From Breznakia blatticola (GTDB lineage: Bacteria > Bacillota_I > Bacilli_A > Erysipelotrichales > Erysipelotrichaceae), in NCBI RefSeq assembly GCF_004365815.1, contig NZ_SODD01000002.1, positions 30,001 through 62,000 of the forward strand: a stretch of 32,000 bases of DNA, written 5' to 3'. Positions within the stretch are counted from its first letter, which is position 1; each line of letters begins with the position of its first letter. This document shows, piece by piece, positions 8,184-18,997 of this stretch. The position numbers and the translations under genes were made by a program. Under the pieces are notes generated by a model, which made no database searches, was not told the DNA's origin, and saw nothing but the letters and a program-made list of their open reading frames with translations.

Positions 8184-8969
8184 ATGAAGCATGCAACACA
8201 GTTTGGAAAAGAAAAACAAGTTAATCAAAAACTGATTCAACATGAGATAAAAGATGCCATACGTTTGAATAAATATATTAGTAGTTCTGGATATTGTTCG
8301 CGTAGAGAAGCGGATAAATTAATTGAACAAGGACTTGTAAAAATTGATGGAATTACAGCAACAATGGGAAGTAAAGTACAAAATTCACAAAAAGTTACAG
8401 TTAACGGAACTATCATACAACCAACTAGTAAACTTGTTTATATCGCTTTACATAAACCAAAAGGAATCACATGTACTACAGACAAAAAAGATGCAACGAA
8501 TATCGTTGATTATATGAATTATGAAACACCAATTTTTCCAATTGGAAGGTTGGATAAGGATACAACCGGTTTGATTTTATTAACCAATGATGGAGATATT
8601 GTAAATAAAATTTTACGTTCAGAACATGCGCATGAGAAAGAGTATATTGTGCAAGTGAATCGTAAAATAAAGAAGGATTTTTTAGATAAAATGGCAAGTG
8701 GAGTTACGATTTATAATGCAGTTACGAATGCACATCAAACAACAAAACCTGCTAAAGTAAAACAACTGAGTACACATATATTTTCACTAATTATTAGTGA
8801 AGGGATGAATCGGCAGATTCGTCGCATGTGTACAGCACTTGGATATCATGTTGATGCCTTACAACGTATACGCATTATGAATATTAAAATTGCCAATTTA
8901 CCAGAAGGTATGTGGAGATATCTTAGTGAAGATGAACTAAATATCATGAATCAACAATTACAAAAATAA
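8184..8969 (+). CDS. rluF: RsuA/RluF-family rRNA pseudouridine synthase with N-terminal S4 domain
   Basis: S4-like 'RLNKYISSSGYCSRREADKLIEQGLVKIDG'. Catalytic motif 'GRLDKDTTGLILLTNDG'. Also 'GMNRQIRRM'. Confidence 0.85.
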   Translation: MKHATQFGKEKQVNQKLIQHEIKDAIRLNKYISSSGYCSRREADKLIEQGLVKIDGITATMGSKVQNSQKVTVNGTIIQPTSKLVYIALHKPKGITCTTDKKDATNIVDYMNYETPIFPIGRLDKDTTGLILLTNDGDIVNKILRSEHAHEKEYIVQVNRKIKKDFLDKMASGVTIYNAVTNAHQTTKPAKVKQLSTHIFSLIISEGMNRQIRRMCTALGYHVDALQRIRIMNIKIANLPEGMWRYLSEDELNIMNQQLQK

Positions 8970-9005
8970 AGCCAAAAAGGCTTTTTTTCAAATGAAAGGA
9001 GAATT

Positions 9006-9206
9006 ATGGAATATACAATTGATCAATTACAAGAAGCAAAGAAGCAATTACTTTCTTTGATTCATAAAACAAGTGAGGTTGTTAAAACCTTGGAAGCAAA
9101 GCAAGAAGAAAAACGTTATAAGTCACAAATTACACTTGCTAAGCGTAGAGTTGAAGCATTTCAAATTTCTGTTGCTTTACTCGATGAAAAAATAAACGAG
9201 ATGTAA
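9006..9206 (+). CDS. Small coiled-coil hypothetical protein (66 aa)
   Basis: Good RBS (aaaggagaattATG) and a helical heptad-like sequence. No family recognised. Confidence 0.5.
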   Translation: MEYTIDQLQEAKKQLLSLIHKTSEVVKTLEAKQEEKRYKSQITLAKRRVEAFQISVALLDEKINEM

Positions 9207-9306
9207 GTTTTGTCACAAAGAAGCAATCTTGTTTTATTTGCCTATATTTATAGGACATTTTTCGTATTTGTTGCTATGATATGTGAAACAAACAAGGAGA
9301 TTATGA

Positions 9307-10191
9307 ATGAATGTATTAGCAATTGATATAGGTGGAACCTTTGTAAAGTATGGTCTAGTTGATGACAATAATCAACTGGTTCATACATGGAAAAAAGAAA
9401 CGAAAGCATGCAAAAGTGCAGATGAGTTTTATGATGATATTTGCAGTGGATTCGATTGTGAATATGGCTTGGTAGGTATTAGTGCACCTGGTGTGCTAAG
9501 TGATGATGGAGTAGTAACAACTAAAGCTGGTGGTAATGCAATTATCATGTATCAAACCAATGTCACAAATGAGATTGCAAAACGTCTACAAAAACCAGTA
9601 GCAACGATTAATGATGCAAAAGCAGCAGGGTACTGTGAATCGCAAATCGGAAATGGAAAAGGTGCAAAAAGTTCTGCATACTTTATTATTGGAACTGGCA
9701 TTGGTGGATGTCTATGTGATGATCGAGGTGTAATTACTGGTTTTGATGGTGCAGCAGGAGAGTTATCTAACTTACCTGTTGGAATTAATGAGAAGACAAA
9801 TGAAATAGAAGTATTAGTTGAACACGCAGGTGTTCCAGGTTTAATTCAAAAGTATAATGCGCTTGATAATGAAGATGTCAAATACGGCAAAGACGTAAGC
9901 GAACAATTTATTGCAAAAAATCCATATGCAATCCAAGCAGTTGAGTGGTGGTGTGCAAACATCACATTGGGTCTACATGCAATAAATGTTGTGTATAATC
10001 CAGAGGTGATTTGTATTGGGGGTGGAATATCTGAAGCTCCATGGTTTTTAGATACATTACTTGATGTATACAACAATAAAGTATCCTTTCATTTTAAGTC
10101 AGCATTCCATCCAACAATAACAACCTGTAAATTTCACAATGATGCAAATTTGCTAGGTGCAGCAATTTTTGTAAGGAACTATGTCTGTTAA
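9307..10191 (+). CDS. ROK-family sugar kinase/regulator-like protein
   Basis: N-terminal 'LAIDIGGTFVKYGLV' ATPase phosphate-1 motif, plus 'IIGTGIGGC' and 'ICIGGGIS'. Confidence 0.85.
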   Translation: MNVLAIDIGGTFVKYGLVDDNNQLVHTWKKETKACKSADEFYDDICSGFDCEYGLVGISAPGVLSDDGVVTTKAGGNAIIMYQTNVTNEIAKRLQKPVATINDAKAAGYCESQIGNGKGAKSSAYFIIGTGIGGCLCDDRGVITGFDGAAGELSNLPVGINEKTNEIEVLVEHAGVPGLIQKYNALDNEDVKYGKDVSEQFIAKNPYAIQAVEWWCANITLGLHAINVVYNPEVICIGGGISEAPWFLDTLLDVYNNKVSFHFKSAFHPTITTCKFHNDANLLGAAIFVRNYVC

Positions 10192-10200
10192 ATAAAACAT

Positions 10201-10246
10201 AAAGTAATTCACAAGAGTTAGTAGATAGATGAATTACTTTTTTTAT
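10201..10246 (+). terminator. Rho-independent terminator after the ROK gene
   Basis: An 11-bp stem aaagtaattca / tgaattacttt with an 18-nt loop, followed by a T-run. Confidence 0.6.
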
Positions 10247-10466
10247 GTTTCAGAGTATAAAATCATCTATTAATTATAGTTGATAGCGTTTTTTTAAATA
10301 AAGCAATTTTTACTAAAATATGAAGACTATTTTGTAGATACTCTTGTGTTTTTTTAAAAAATGAAAATGAGTATAATAGAAAAAATATAAAAGCGTCAAT
10401 GTGAAACTCTTCGTTTTTTACATAATATAAGCAATGTGTTAAAATTGTTAAAAGGATGGATTTTGT

Positions 10467-11642
10467 ATGAAAATAGAAGTAATCACAAAGAAGTTGAGTG
10501 TATGTATACTGGCAGTAATGCTTTTGATATGCACTTCATGCTCATCAAGCAAGGAAACAAATGAAATTAGTAAAACGAGTGTTGACTCATCAATTTGGGG
10601 ATTTGAACGTACATATGAATCATTAGATACGCCATTTAATAGTATGATAAGTAGTGGTGTTCAAACAAAGGATGGCTATTATTTTATAAATCGTTTCAAT
10701 GACAAAGAAGGAGGTTACAAGGGATCAGTTTTTTCTCAATATAATAGTGAGAATGATGAATTTGAAATTGTGAATTCAGAAAAAACAAAAAATTGTAACT
10801 TTGATAACCCAGAAAACTGCAGTAGTTTTATTAGCGAGACTTATGACTATTTAAGTTATTATAACAATAAATTGTATGAAACCTACGCAGAGTTTGATGT
10901 TGAAACGGATATGTATACTTATATTTTGATTGAAATGGATATGTATGGTAAGAATCGTAAAGAAGTGTTTACGAAAGAAATATCATCTAAAAATATTGAT
11001 TTTATACCGTATTTTACAATGGGATATATGATTTATGTGAGTGGAGGAGAAATTGGAATAGTTAACTTAGAATCATGGGAATGGACTACGATAGAAAATC
11101 AAAAAACTGCTATTTTTAATAACTTATTCACAAATGAAGGTAAAATTTACATAAATGCAAATAATTATAAAAAAGCTGATAAATTTTACTCATCAGCATT
11201 ATTTGAAATTAATATAGAAAAGAAAGAATTAAAATTTGTAAGAGATGTTGATTTGATGCTCTTGTATTATAATTCGCAATTTACAATTGAAATGATTGGA
11301 AATCAAACATTTTACTGTGACTCGAAAACAAAGGATAAAGTAAAATTATCAGACAGTTGGGGATATGTGTTTGCTGATCCAAAAAGTGGATTGTATATTT
11401 ACAGCGATTATATTGAAGATTCCCTTGGAAATTTGAATTATGTACTATTCGATTCCAAAGGAAACATTTTAGATACTTTTGCTAGACCAAAAGAGTATCG
11501 AACAGGTGATATATTTATTGATTCAACTTTTACTTTCGGAATTGCTGAGTATCAACCAGACGGTTCGTATCGAATTGTAGGATATAAAGAATTACGTATT
11601 GAAAATAGTAAGTTCACCAATTTACGCGATTTAGGAAAGTAG
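10467..11642 (+). CDS. Secreted/lipoprotein-like protein, probable beta-propeller (DUF5050-like flavour)
   Basis: Signal peptide 'KKLSVCILAVMLLICTSCSSS' with a Cys-containing lipobox-like end. Recurrent aromatic/Gly blade-like segments (GYYFINRF, NNKLYETY, GYMIYVSGG, EGKIYINAN, SGLYIYSDY). Confidence 0.7.
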   Translation: MKIEVITKKLSVCILAVMLLICTSCSSSKETNEISKTSVDSSIWGFERTYESLDTPFNSMISSGVQTKDGYYFINRFNDKEGGYKGSVFSQYNSENDEFEIVNSEKTKNCNFDNPENCSSFISETYDYLSYYNNKLYETYAEFDVETDMYTYILIEMDMYGKNRKEVFTKEISSKNIDFIPYFTMGYMIYVSGGEIGIVNLESWEWTTIENQKTAIFNNLFTNEGKIYINANNYKKADKFYSSALFEINIEKKELKFVRDVDLMLLYYNSQFTIEMIGNQTFYCDSKTKDKVKLSDSWGYVFADPKSGLYIYSDYIEDSLGNLNYVLFDSKGNILDTFARPKEYRTGDIFIDSTFTFGIAEYQPDGSYRIVGYKELRIENSKFTNLRDLGK

Positions 11643-11652
11643 AGTATCGTAT

Positions 11653-12504
11653 ATGAAGTTGATAGTAAAAAATGTGAGCATGAAATTTGGAGATGTTCAA
11701 GCATTGAATGAAGTGAATTTAGATTTAGAAGATGGTGTATATGGATTGATCGGTCCAAATGGATCTGGAAAAAGCACATTGATTAACTGCATTACAACAT
11801 TAATTAAGCAAACATCTGGAACAATTACTTTCAATGAAAAAGAAGTAAATCAAAAATATACAGAATATCAAAACTCTATCGGATTGATGCCGCAAAATAT
11901 TGATGGTTTTGATGATTTTACCGGTATTAGATTTTTGTATTATATAGCTACTCTAAAGGGGTTATTAAAAGAGGATGCGACCACACAAATAAACCGTTTG
12001 GTAAAGAGAGTGAATCTTGAGAATGTAATTCATAGAAAGATCAAAACATATTCGGGTGGTATGAAACAAAGACTTTTGTTCATACAAGCACTTTTATCTA
12101 ATCCAAAAATTATTATTTTGGATGAACCAACTGCAGGACTAGATCCGTTTGAAAGAATCAATTTACGGAACTATATTTCCGAAATAAGTGATGGGAGAAT
12201 AGTTATTATAGCAACTCATGTTATGCAAGATATTGAATCAATTGCAAATTCAATAATTCTGATTAGAGATGGAAAAGTAGTTAAAAACGGTAAACCTGAA
12301 GAACTTATTCAATCAATAAAACCGTATGTACATGAAAAAATGATTAATGAATCAGATTTACCTGAGTATCGTAATAAGTATAAAATATCAAGTGTTTCTA
12401 AATTGCGAGAAGGAATGTTTATCCGTTATTTAAAAGAAGAAGCTACAAAACAAACACAAGCGATTCCTAGTTTGGAAGAAGTATACTTATATTACTTAAC
12501 TTAG
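11653..12504 (+). CDS. ABC transporter ATP-binding protein
   Basis: Walker A 'GPNGSGKST', signature 'YSGGMKQR', Walker B 'IIILDEP', H-loop 'ATHVM'. Confidence 0.9.
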   Translation: MKLIVKNVSMKFGDVQALNEVNLDLEDGVYGLIGPNGSGKSTLINCITTLIKQTSGTITFNEKEVNQKYTEYQNSIGLMPQNIDGFDDFTGIRFLYYIATLKGLLKEDATTQINRLVKRVNLENVIHRKIKTYSGGMKQRLLFIQALLSNPKIIILDEPTAGLDPFERINLRNYISEISDGRIVIIATHVMQDIESIANSIILIRDGKVVKNGKPEELIQSIKPYVHEKMINESDLPEYRNKYKISSVSKLREGMFIRYLKEEATKQTQAIPSLEEVYLYYLT

Positions 12505-12517
12505 AAAAGAGAAACTC

Positions 12518-14767
12518 ATGAAATTAGTATTCTACGAACTGAAAAAAATAATATCTAAGAAAAGTTTTTTAATGTGTTTGATTTTATGTGTTGTCTTTTT
12601 AATCTTTTTTGCATTTTCAACAAGCTCTTCTACGAATATATATTCATATCACAAACAGTATAATGAAATGCTGCTAAACAGTCCATCATATGAAGAAACA
12701 TATCAAAAACTTGTTACTCTAGAAAAAGATTTACAAAATAGTTTGCAAACAAATTCCGAGAATGAAATTCCAACTAGTGCTAATGAAAATACTGTCAACA
12801 ATAGATATGGAATATCAGATGAAGAAGCTTACATATTAGTGAGTGATGCATTGCATTATGTTGAAAATATAGGTAATTATGAGAAATATCAATCTGGAAT
12901 TATACAGTCAGATTTAGAACAACAAACCAAAGCATCGTATGAAAATATAGAGAAGGATAATGTTAAAATCGTAAACTATCTTGCAATAGAAGCGAGTTCG
13001 AAACAATATATTGTTTTTGTTTTAGCTGTTTTCGTTTCAATATATGCGATATATATACTTAATAATTTTGAACAAGAATCCAATACAGCTGGAATAAGTT
13101 ATTTATCGAAAAAAGGAAAATTCTCGTTATATAAAGCGAAGTTTTTAGCGATTTCATGTATTTCAATATCCACTATAATTGTATTTTGTGTATTCTTACT
13201 TGTTATAAACTCAATTATATATGGTTTGCCAGATATGTTAGCAAATATACAAAGTATACCCATTTTTTATGAATCACCATATAATATATCAATACTCGCA
13301 GGTATATTTTTATGCGTTGGTAAGCAAATTTTTCTTATTATAGGATTTATTAGTGTGTATTACTTGTTACTATCCTTATTAAGAAGTGATTTGCGTACCT
13401 CTATTGTGATATGTCTATTTTGTTTGCTTGAGTTTTTCTTTTTGCAAGCCTTGTCTGATTACTCAAGTTTAAGCATACTAAGAAAGTGGAATATTTTTAA
13501 TCTTGCTTATTTCGAAACATTAATAAATGAATTTGGAATGCAAAGCCTGTTTGGGATTCAAATGAAGGAATGGCAAATTTTTATACTATGCATGATAATA
13601 CTTCTTGTAGTTACAATGAGCGCTATTTATGTCTATAGCAAAGGATGGATTAATTCTACTAAAACAATAACAAGACATAAACCTAATACACGAGGAAAAC
13701 ATGTAAGTCTGAAAAATCATGAATTCTATAAGCAGTTTATTAATGGAAAAGGCTTATTTATTATAATTGTTTCCATTTGTTTTTGCCTGTATATATCATA
13801 TGGTTTTTTCGATAAAATGAATCAAGTGAATTTTTCTTCTGCAGAGGAACAGTATCAAATATACGGTGGTAATCTTTCCAACAAAAAGATAAAGAAAATT
13901 GAAGAAAAGAAAACGGCAATTGAGAACGAAAGTATTATGTTCCAAAAATCAAGTTCAGATTATGAAAAGGGCTTACTAACTCATGAAGAATTTCAACAAA
14001 TAGAAGATGCTTATATTTTTAGTTTAATGGAAAATCGAGCATTTGAGAATTTTTATAGTGATTACTCGAATATTATAGGAACGACAATTGTATATCCAAC
14101 TGGGTATCAAGCTGTATTTTCTTTGAATACATATAGTAGAGATATGATGTATGGTACATGGTTTGTACTTATTGCTGTCTTACTTTTTTCAGGACTATAT
14201 TCAATTGACAAAAGTGCAAAACAGGAAAATTTGTATAAACTAACACTCTACGGAAAAAAACGCAGGTTAGACACGCAAAGACGTATTGGTTATCTTGAGA
14301 GTTTAATAATTGCATTCTTGCTGTTTTGTATCTCTTTTGTTTTATTTGTGTTAAAGTATCCGATGAGTGGATGGTTGAATGATACTATATCGATTTTTCG
14401 ATTAGATACTACAGTGAAAATTTACGATCCAATGTATCTACAAGTGCCTTTACTGATAAATTTCTTGTATTTACAAATATTTCGTTTATTAGTTTTATTT
14501 ACAGTACTTGAAATCGTCTTAGTGTTTTCTCAAGTTCTTCGAAGTAGAAAAAATACAATTACTATTATGTTTATTCTTGTATTACTTCCATTCATGCTTG
14601 CTCAGATAGGATTAGAAGGTTTTCAATATATATCTTTAATTCATTTGTTATCAGGAAACATAATTCTTCACACATCGATTTTTGGTATAGGAGGAATGTA
14701 TCTAATAGCTTATGTTTTGATTCGTATCATTTCATTTAAGCTAGCGCAAAAGAACTATTCTCTTTAA
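12518..14767 (+). CDS. Large fused ABC-2-like permease (~12 TM, two 1+5 TM halves each with a large soluble loop)
   Basis: The hydrophobic segment pattern repeats twice: TM, then a 110-130-aa polar loop, then 5 TMs. It lies 13 nt downstream of the ATPase gene. Confidence 0.75.
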   Translation: MKLVFYELKKIISKKSFLMCLILCVVFLIFFAFSTSSSTNIYSYHKQYNEMLLNSPSYEETYQKLVTLEKDLQNSLQTNSENEIPTSANENTVNNRYGISDEEAYILVSDALHYVENIGNYEKYQSGIIQSDLEQQTKASYENIEKDNVKIVNYLAIEASSKQYIVFVLAVFVSIYAIYILNNFEQESNTAGISYLSKKGKFSLYKAKFLAISCISISTIIVFCVFLLVINSIIYGLPDMLANIQSIPIFYESPYNISILAGIFLCVGKQIFLIIGFISVYYLLLSLLRSDLRTSIVICLFCLLEFFFLQALSDYSSLSILRKWNIFNLAYFETLINEFGMQSLFGIQMKEWQIFILCMIILLVVTMSAIYVYSKGWINSTKTITRHKPNTRGKHVSLKNHEFYKQFINGKGLFIIIVSICFCLYISYGFFDKMNQVNFSSAEEQYQIYGGNLSNKKIKKIEEKKTAIENESIMFQKSSSDYEKGLLTHEEFQQIEDAYIFSLMENRAFENFYSDYSNIIGTTIVYPTGYQAVFSLNTYSRDMMYGTWFVLIAVLLFSGLYSIDKSAKQENLYKLTLYGKKRRLDTQRRIGYLESLIIAFLLFCISFVLFVLKYPMSGWLNDTISIFRLDTTVKIYDPMYLQVPLLINFLYLQIFRLLVLFTVLEIVLVFSQVLRSRKNTITIMFILVLLPFMLAQIGLEGFQYISLIHLLSGNIILHTSIFGIGGMYLIAYVLIRIISFKLAQKNYSL

Positions 14768-14854
14768 CAAAAAATACATTTGTAAGGAATATGTACGAAG
14801 TTAATAATTCAAAAAATGTATAAGCAAATTTAAATAAAACAACCATAAACATTG

Positions 14855-14888
14855 AACAAAAGGTGTATTTTACCCTTTTGTTTTTTTT
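14855..14888 (+). terminator. Rho-independent terminator after the ABC operon
   Basis: aacaaaagg / ccttttgtt stem with a 10-nt loop, followed by T8. Confidence 0.7.
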
Positions 14889-15112
14889 ACGTGACAAATT
14901 ACATAATCATTATTTTGTTTTATAAAGTGACAATTTTAGGATTTCGAAAAAATATATTGCTATTATGTAAGCGTATTCAAAAGATATCGAATTGAAGACA
15001 AACTTATACAAATTTTATGACGTAGTCGATGTATAAGATCTATTTTTTACGAATAGGGCCTCGATAAAAAATAGAAAATAATGTGTGAATGTTTAAATAA
15101 GAGAGGGAAAAA

Positions 15113-18100
15113 ATGAAGAAAATTATGTTAAGTTTTTTGACTGTATTTTTACTCGTATCATTTGTTAATCCAGTGAGCGCGTTAAAAAAAGAGTCAACGA
15201 TTGATTTTGATGATTACAAACAAAATGATGCTTTCTCATATCTAGTTTCAGTTGATAGCGGAAAAATATTGACTGTAAATGATGATGGTTCTAAAGTTAT
15301 GGCTACAGAAGATGAAAAAGAAGGTAATGACTTAAAGAAAGCTGCATTATTTCAAATAATTGAAAACGAAGAATTGCAAATCGTTCAGTTTCAAAATGCA
15401 GAAACAAACAAGGTTTGGAAAGCGGATGGTTCGAATTTGTTAGCTAATGGAGGTTTTCAAACTGGAATTCATGCAGGAAGCTGGGAAGGTTTTAAAATCG
15501 AAACAGATAGTGTTGATACAAATATTATACGTATTAAGACTTATGCAAATGCATACCTTGCGATTGAAAATGAAACATTAGTTGTTGGTAGTACAGATAT
15601 TAACAACGCAGCGACATTTTATATCGTAAAGAATAAATATGATGATGTTAGTGTGTATTTCGAACACGTAGAAACACAAAAATATGTTCGTTCTGATGGT
15701 GTACTTAACAACCCTGTAATGGTAGATGGAGAAAAAGAAAATGATTTAATTCCTGATACAATGCGTTTTGATACAGTATATGGGGAGTTCAATGGTAATG
15801 AGGTTATGAACTTCATTTCAAAAAATAATTCAACGTTACGTTGGCAATCGGGAGGTATAAGCGAAGTAAAACAAATTAATGGTAATACTGCTAGTGGATG
15901 GGAATCGATAATTGTTAAACCAAATGGTGATGGAACAGTATCATTCTATGCATCTGACTCAAATAAATTGATTACTGTAATTAATGGGAAAATGATAGTT
16001 GATGGAGCAGTATCAGGACAAAACGATCGTTTCATCGCTCATTCTGTTATACGTCCAAAGAAAGTAGATAATTTAGTTGCCAAAGATGTGAATCATGATA
16101 AATTTACGGTTAGTTTTGATAAACCTGAAAGTTCACCAATTTATTCTGGTTATCAAGTAATCGTAACACCTAAAGATTTAGGTACTGGTTTAGATACAAT
16201 CACAGTAAATACTGCAGATACATCGGTTATGATTGAAGGAGTTAAAGCAGGAACGGAATACAACATTGAAGTTCGTACTGTAATCAATAATGAAAGTGAC
16301 AATTTTGCATCAGTTGCGACAACTGTTCAAACAAAAAATGGACCAAGACCTGTAAATGTGACGAATGTACAAGCTAAAGAATCTTCAAATGAAACGAAAG
16401 TAACTTGGAATGCAGTTGATAGTGCAACTTCATACGAAGTATATAGAGCAAGAAGTGCATTTGATAAAGATGGATATACATATATTGGTTCTTCAACTTC
16501 AACAAGTTATGTTGACAAAACACCGAATGCAGATAAATACAGTAACTACTACAAAGTTGTTGCAGTAAATGAAAATGGAACATCTGACATGTCGGATTCA
16601 TATGGTGCACTTGAAAAAACGTTATTTGGTGAGCATATGATCTTCTTTGCAGAAACAGATGATGCAAAGAAGATTGATGAAGTTGTAAATGAAGTATTTA
16701 TTAAGCAAAATGATATTCAAGCAGATGCGCAGTTTAACGAAAATCGTTATGCACTATATTTCAAACCTGGTGATTACACTGATACAAAACCAATGGCATT
16801 AGGTTTCTATACACACATTGGTGGTCTAGGAAAAACGCCATATGATGTGAAACTGACAAATGTTGAAATTCCATCATACTTGAGTGCGGATAATGCAACT
16901 TGTAACTTCTGGCGCTCTATGGAAAATATTTCGATTATAAAAACAAGTGATAATACATCCGCGTTTGGTTCGTATCGTCCTGGTTCATTTAACTGGGCAG
17001 TTGCACAGGCAGCACCATTACGTCGAATCTATTCAGAAAGACCAGTGAACTATGACTGGAACTATGGATGGGCAAGTGGAGGATATACTGCAGATAGTTA
17101 TATTACTGGAGTTGATAACGAAGGAAATTCAGCAGGAACTTGGTCAGGACAACAATTCTATACACGTAATACACAACTGGCTGGAAATGTGTTTGGAACT
17201 ACACTAAATGCATTCTATCAAGGTGTAATCGCACCAAACTTGGTACGTGATGGTGTTAATGAAGGTGTTGAATTGATGAACCAAAATGGATATACAAACT
17301 GGCAAAATACATTTATTGGGACAGATGGAAAACTTGCACAAAGCGTTGATACGAATATTAGTGAAACGCCAATTATACGTGAAAAACCATTCTTGTTCTT
17401 AGATGATGATGGAGAATATAAAGTATTTGTTCCATCAATCAAAAAAGAATACAAAGGAACAAGTTGGAAAAAAGATAATATGGGTGAAGGAGAAATCGTT
17501 TCAATCGATGAATTCTATGTCGCAAAAGAAGGTGATTCTGCAAGTACAATTAATGAAAAATTAGAAAGTGGAAACCATGTATTTTTTACACCAGGTGTAT
17601 ATCATGCTGAAGAAGTAATTGAAGTAAACAAGAAAGATACAATTGTATTAGGTACGGGTATGGCGTCAATTATTCCTGATAATGAAGATGGAGCTATGCG
17701 TTTAGCAGATGTTGATAATTTAACAGTTGCTGGTCTTATTTTTGATGCAGGAGCACATTCGAAAACACTGTTAGTTGTTGGAGAAGAAGGAAAACATACA
17801 AGTCATGAAGATCAACCTACACTATTAGCTGATTTATTCTTCCGTGTTGGAGGTACTACAGATCAACTTACGAAAGCTGATGATGCATTAATTATCAATA
17901 GTGATCATGTGATCGGTGATCATTTCTGGATTTGGCGTGCAGATCACGGTGCAGGTGTGGCATGGGATGGAAATGAATCAAATCATGGATTAATTGTAAA
18001 CGGTGATAATGTAACATGTTATGCACTATTCAATGAACATTTCCAAAAGTATACGACACTTTGGAATGGTGAAAATGGAGCGACATACTTCTATCAAAAC

Positions 18101-18997
18101 GAAACGGCGTATGATCCAATCAGTCAAGATGCATGGACGAACCACAAAGGAACAACCAATGGATATGCATCATATAAAGTTGCTAACAAAGTAAACAATC
18201 ACTATGCAGTTGGTTTAGGTATTTATAATGTATTTATTTTCACAGGACCAACATATGATTCAAGTGAGGTGCAAATTCAATTGGATAGTGGAATTGAAGT
18301 TCCAAACAAACCGGGTGTACTTATTGAAAATGCATGTATGCAATCATTTGCTAAAGAATGGAAAGATGGCGGAGTCCTACAGAAAATCAACCATATTGTA
18401 AATAATGTTGGTGATGAAGTAAGTAGCGGGTTTGACGAAAAAACAAATACGTTTGGATATGGATGGCGTCGTGTATTCCTTTTAAACTACAAAGATGGAA
18501 TTGCTAATACATTCAGCCATAAAGATGGAAAAATCATTACCGTAGAAGGTACGCAACCGATGAATGATGCAGGTGATGTAGATTTAAGTGAACTTGCAAA
18601 AGTATATGAAGAAGCAAAAGCCATAAATGGTACATATACTTCAGAAACATGGGCAATATTTGAAGAAGCGTTTACTGCTGCACATGAACTATATATTGAA
18701 AAAGGTGAAGACTGGGCAGTGCAAGCCGATGTGGATGCAATGGTACCAGTGTTGCGTGCGGCAATTGATCAATTAGTTGTAGATACATCAAAACCTGTGG
18801 ATCCAAAAGACCCTGTAGATCCAAAAGACCCTGTAGATCCAAAAGATCCTGTAAATCCAAAAGATACAACAAAACTACCATCAATCGCAGCTGATGGAGT
18901 AAAAACAGGTGATGAAACAAACGTGATTTTCTATGGAGTTATGTTATTAGGTGCACTAATTGCATTCGTAGGAATTAGAAAACATGAAAAGGATTAA
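15113..18997 (+). CDS. Large cell-surface multidomain protein: signal peptide, two N-terminal beta-trefoil/fascin-like repeats, two Fn3-like domains, ~600-aa probable beta-helix glycosidase-like catalytic region, FIVAR-like helical domain, PVDPKD linker, C-terminal wall-sorting-like anchor
   Basis: Signal peptide 'LLVSFVNPVSA'. Fn3-like 'SYEVYRARS...YYKVVAVNENGTS'. Beta-helix-type rungs 'VDNLTVAGLIFDAG' and 'HGLIVNGDNVTCYALFNEHF'. C-terminus 'VKTGDETN' followed by a hydrophobic helix and 'RKHEKD'. The catalytic family was not identified. Confidence 0.7.
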   Translation: MKKIMLSFLTVFLLVSFVNPVSALKKESTIDFDDYKQNDAFSYLVSVDSGKILTVNDDGSKVMATEDEKEGNDLKKAALFQIIENEELQIVQFQNAETNKVWKADGSNLLANGGFQTGIHAGSWEGFKIETDSVDTNIIRIKTYANAYLAIENETLVVGSTDINNAATFYIVKNKYDDVSVYFEHVETQKYVRSDGVLNNPVMVDGEKENDLIPDTMRFDTVYGEFNGNEVMNFISKNNSTLRWQSGGISEVKQINGNTASGWESIIVKPNGDGTVSFYASDSNKLITVINGKMIVDGAVSGQNDRFIAHSVIRPKKVDNLVAKDVNHDKFTVSFDKPESSPIYSGYQVIVTPKDLGTGLDTITVNTADTSVMIEGVKAGTEYNIEVRTVINNESDNFASVATTVQTKNGPRPVNVTNVQAKESSNETKVTWNAVDSATSYEVYRARSAFDKDGYTYIGSSTSTSYVDKTPNADKYSNYYKVVAVNENGTSDMSDSYGALEKTLFGEHMIFFAETDDAKKIDEVVNEVFIKQNDIQADAQFNENRYALYFKPGDYTDTKPMALGFYTHIGGLGKTPYDVKLTNVEIPSYLSADNATCNFWRSMENISIIKTSDNTSAFGSYRPGSFNWAVAQAAPLRRIYSERPVNYDWNYGWASGGYTADSYITGVDNEGNSAGTWSGQQFYTRNTQLAGNVFGTTLNAFYQGVIAPNLVRDGVNEGVELMNQNGYTNWQNTFIGTDGKLAQSVDTNISETPIIREKPFLFLDDDGEYKVFVPSIKKEYKGTSWKKDNMGEGEIVSIDEFYVAKEGDSASTINEKLESGNHVFFTPGVYHAEEVIEVNKKDTIVLGTGMASIIPDNEDGAMRLADVDNLTVAGLIFDAGAHSKTLLVVGEEGKHTSHEDQPTLLADLFFRVGGTTDQLTKADDALIINSDHVIGDHFWIWRADHGAGVAWDGNESNHGLIVNGDNVTCYALFNEHFQKYTTLWNGENGATYFYQNETAYDPISQDAWTNHKGTTNGYASYKVANKVNNHYAVGLGIYNVFIFTGPTYDSSEVQIQLDSGIEVPNKPGVLIENACMQSFAKEWKDGGVLQKINHIVNNVGDEVSSGFDEKTNTFGYGWRRVFLLNYKDGIANTFSHKDGKIITVEGTQPMNDAGDVDLSELAKVYEEAKAINGTYTSETWAIFEEAFTAAHELYIEKGEDWAVQADVDAMVPVLRAAIDQLVVDTSKPVDPKDPVDPKDPVDPKDPVNPKDTTKLPSIAADGVKTGDETNVIFYGVMLLGALIAFVGIRKHEKD
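18794..18865 (+). repeat. 4 x 18-bp tandem repeat encoding (PVDPKD)3-PVNPKD linker
   Basis: cct gtg/gta gat cca aaa gac/gat is repeated four times in frame within the 1294-aa ORF. Confidence 0.95.

Noticed and set aside
8968-8988. Short hairpin aaagcc-aaaaa-ggcttt plus T-run after rluF
   Set aside because: Only a 3-bp GC core, so it is too weak to call a terminator with confidence. The next gene starts 18 nt later and may be co-transcribed.
18794-18865. Possible CRISPR-like or regulatory short repeat array
   Set aside because: The units are contiguous 18-mers without spacers and in frame, encoding a Pro/Asp/Lys linker. This is a coding tandem repeat, not CRISPR.
18672-18920. Minus-strand 82-aa ORF with LLDLQ repeats
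   Set aside because: It is the reverse-complement reading of the PVDPKD tandem repeat inside the surface protein gene.
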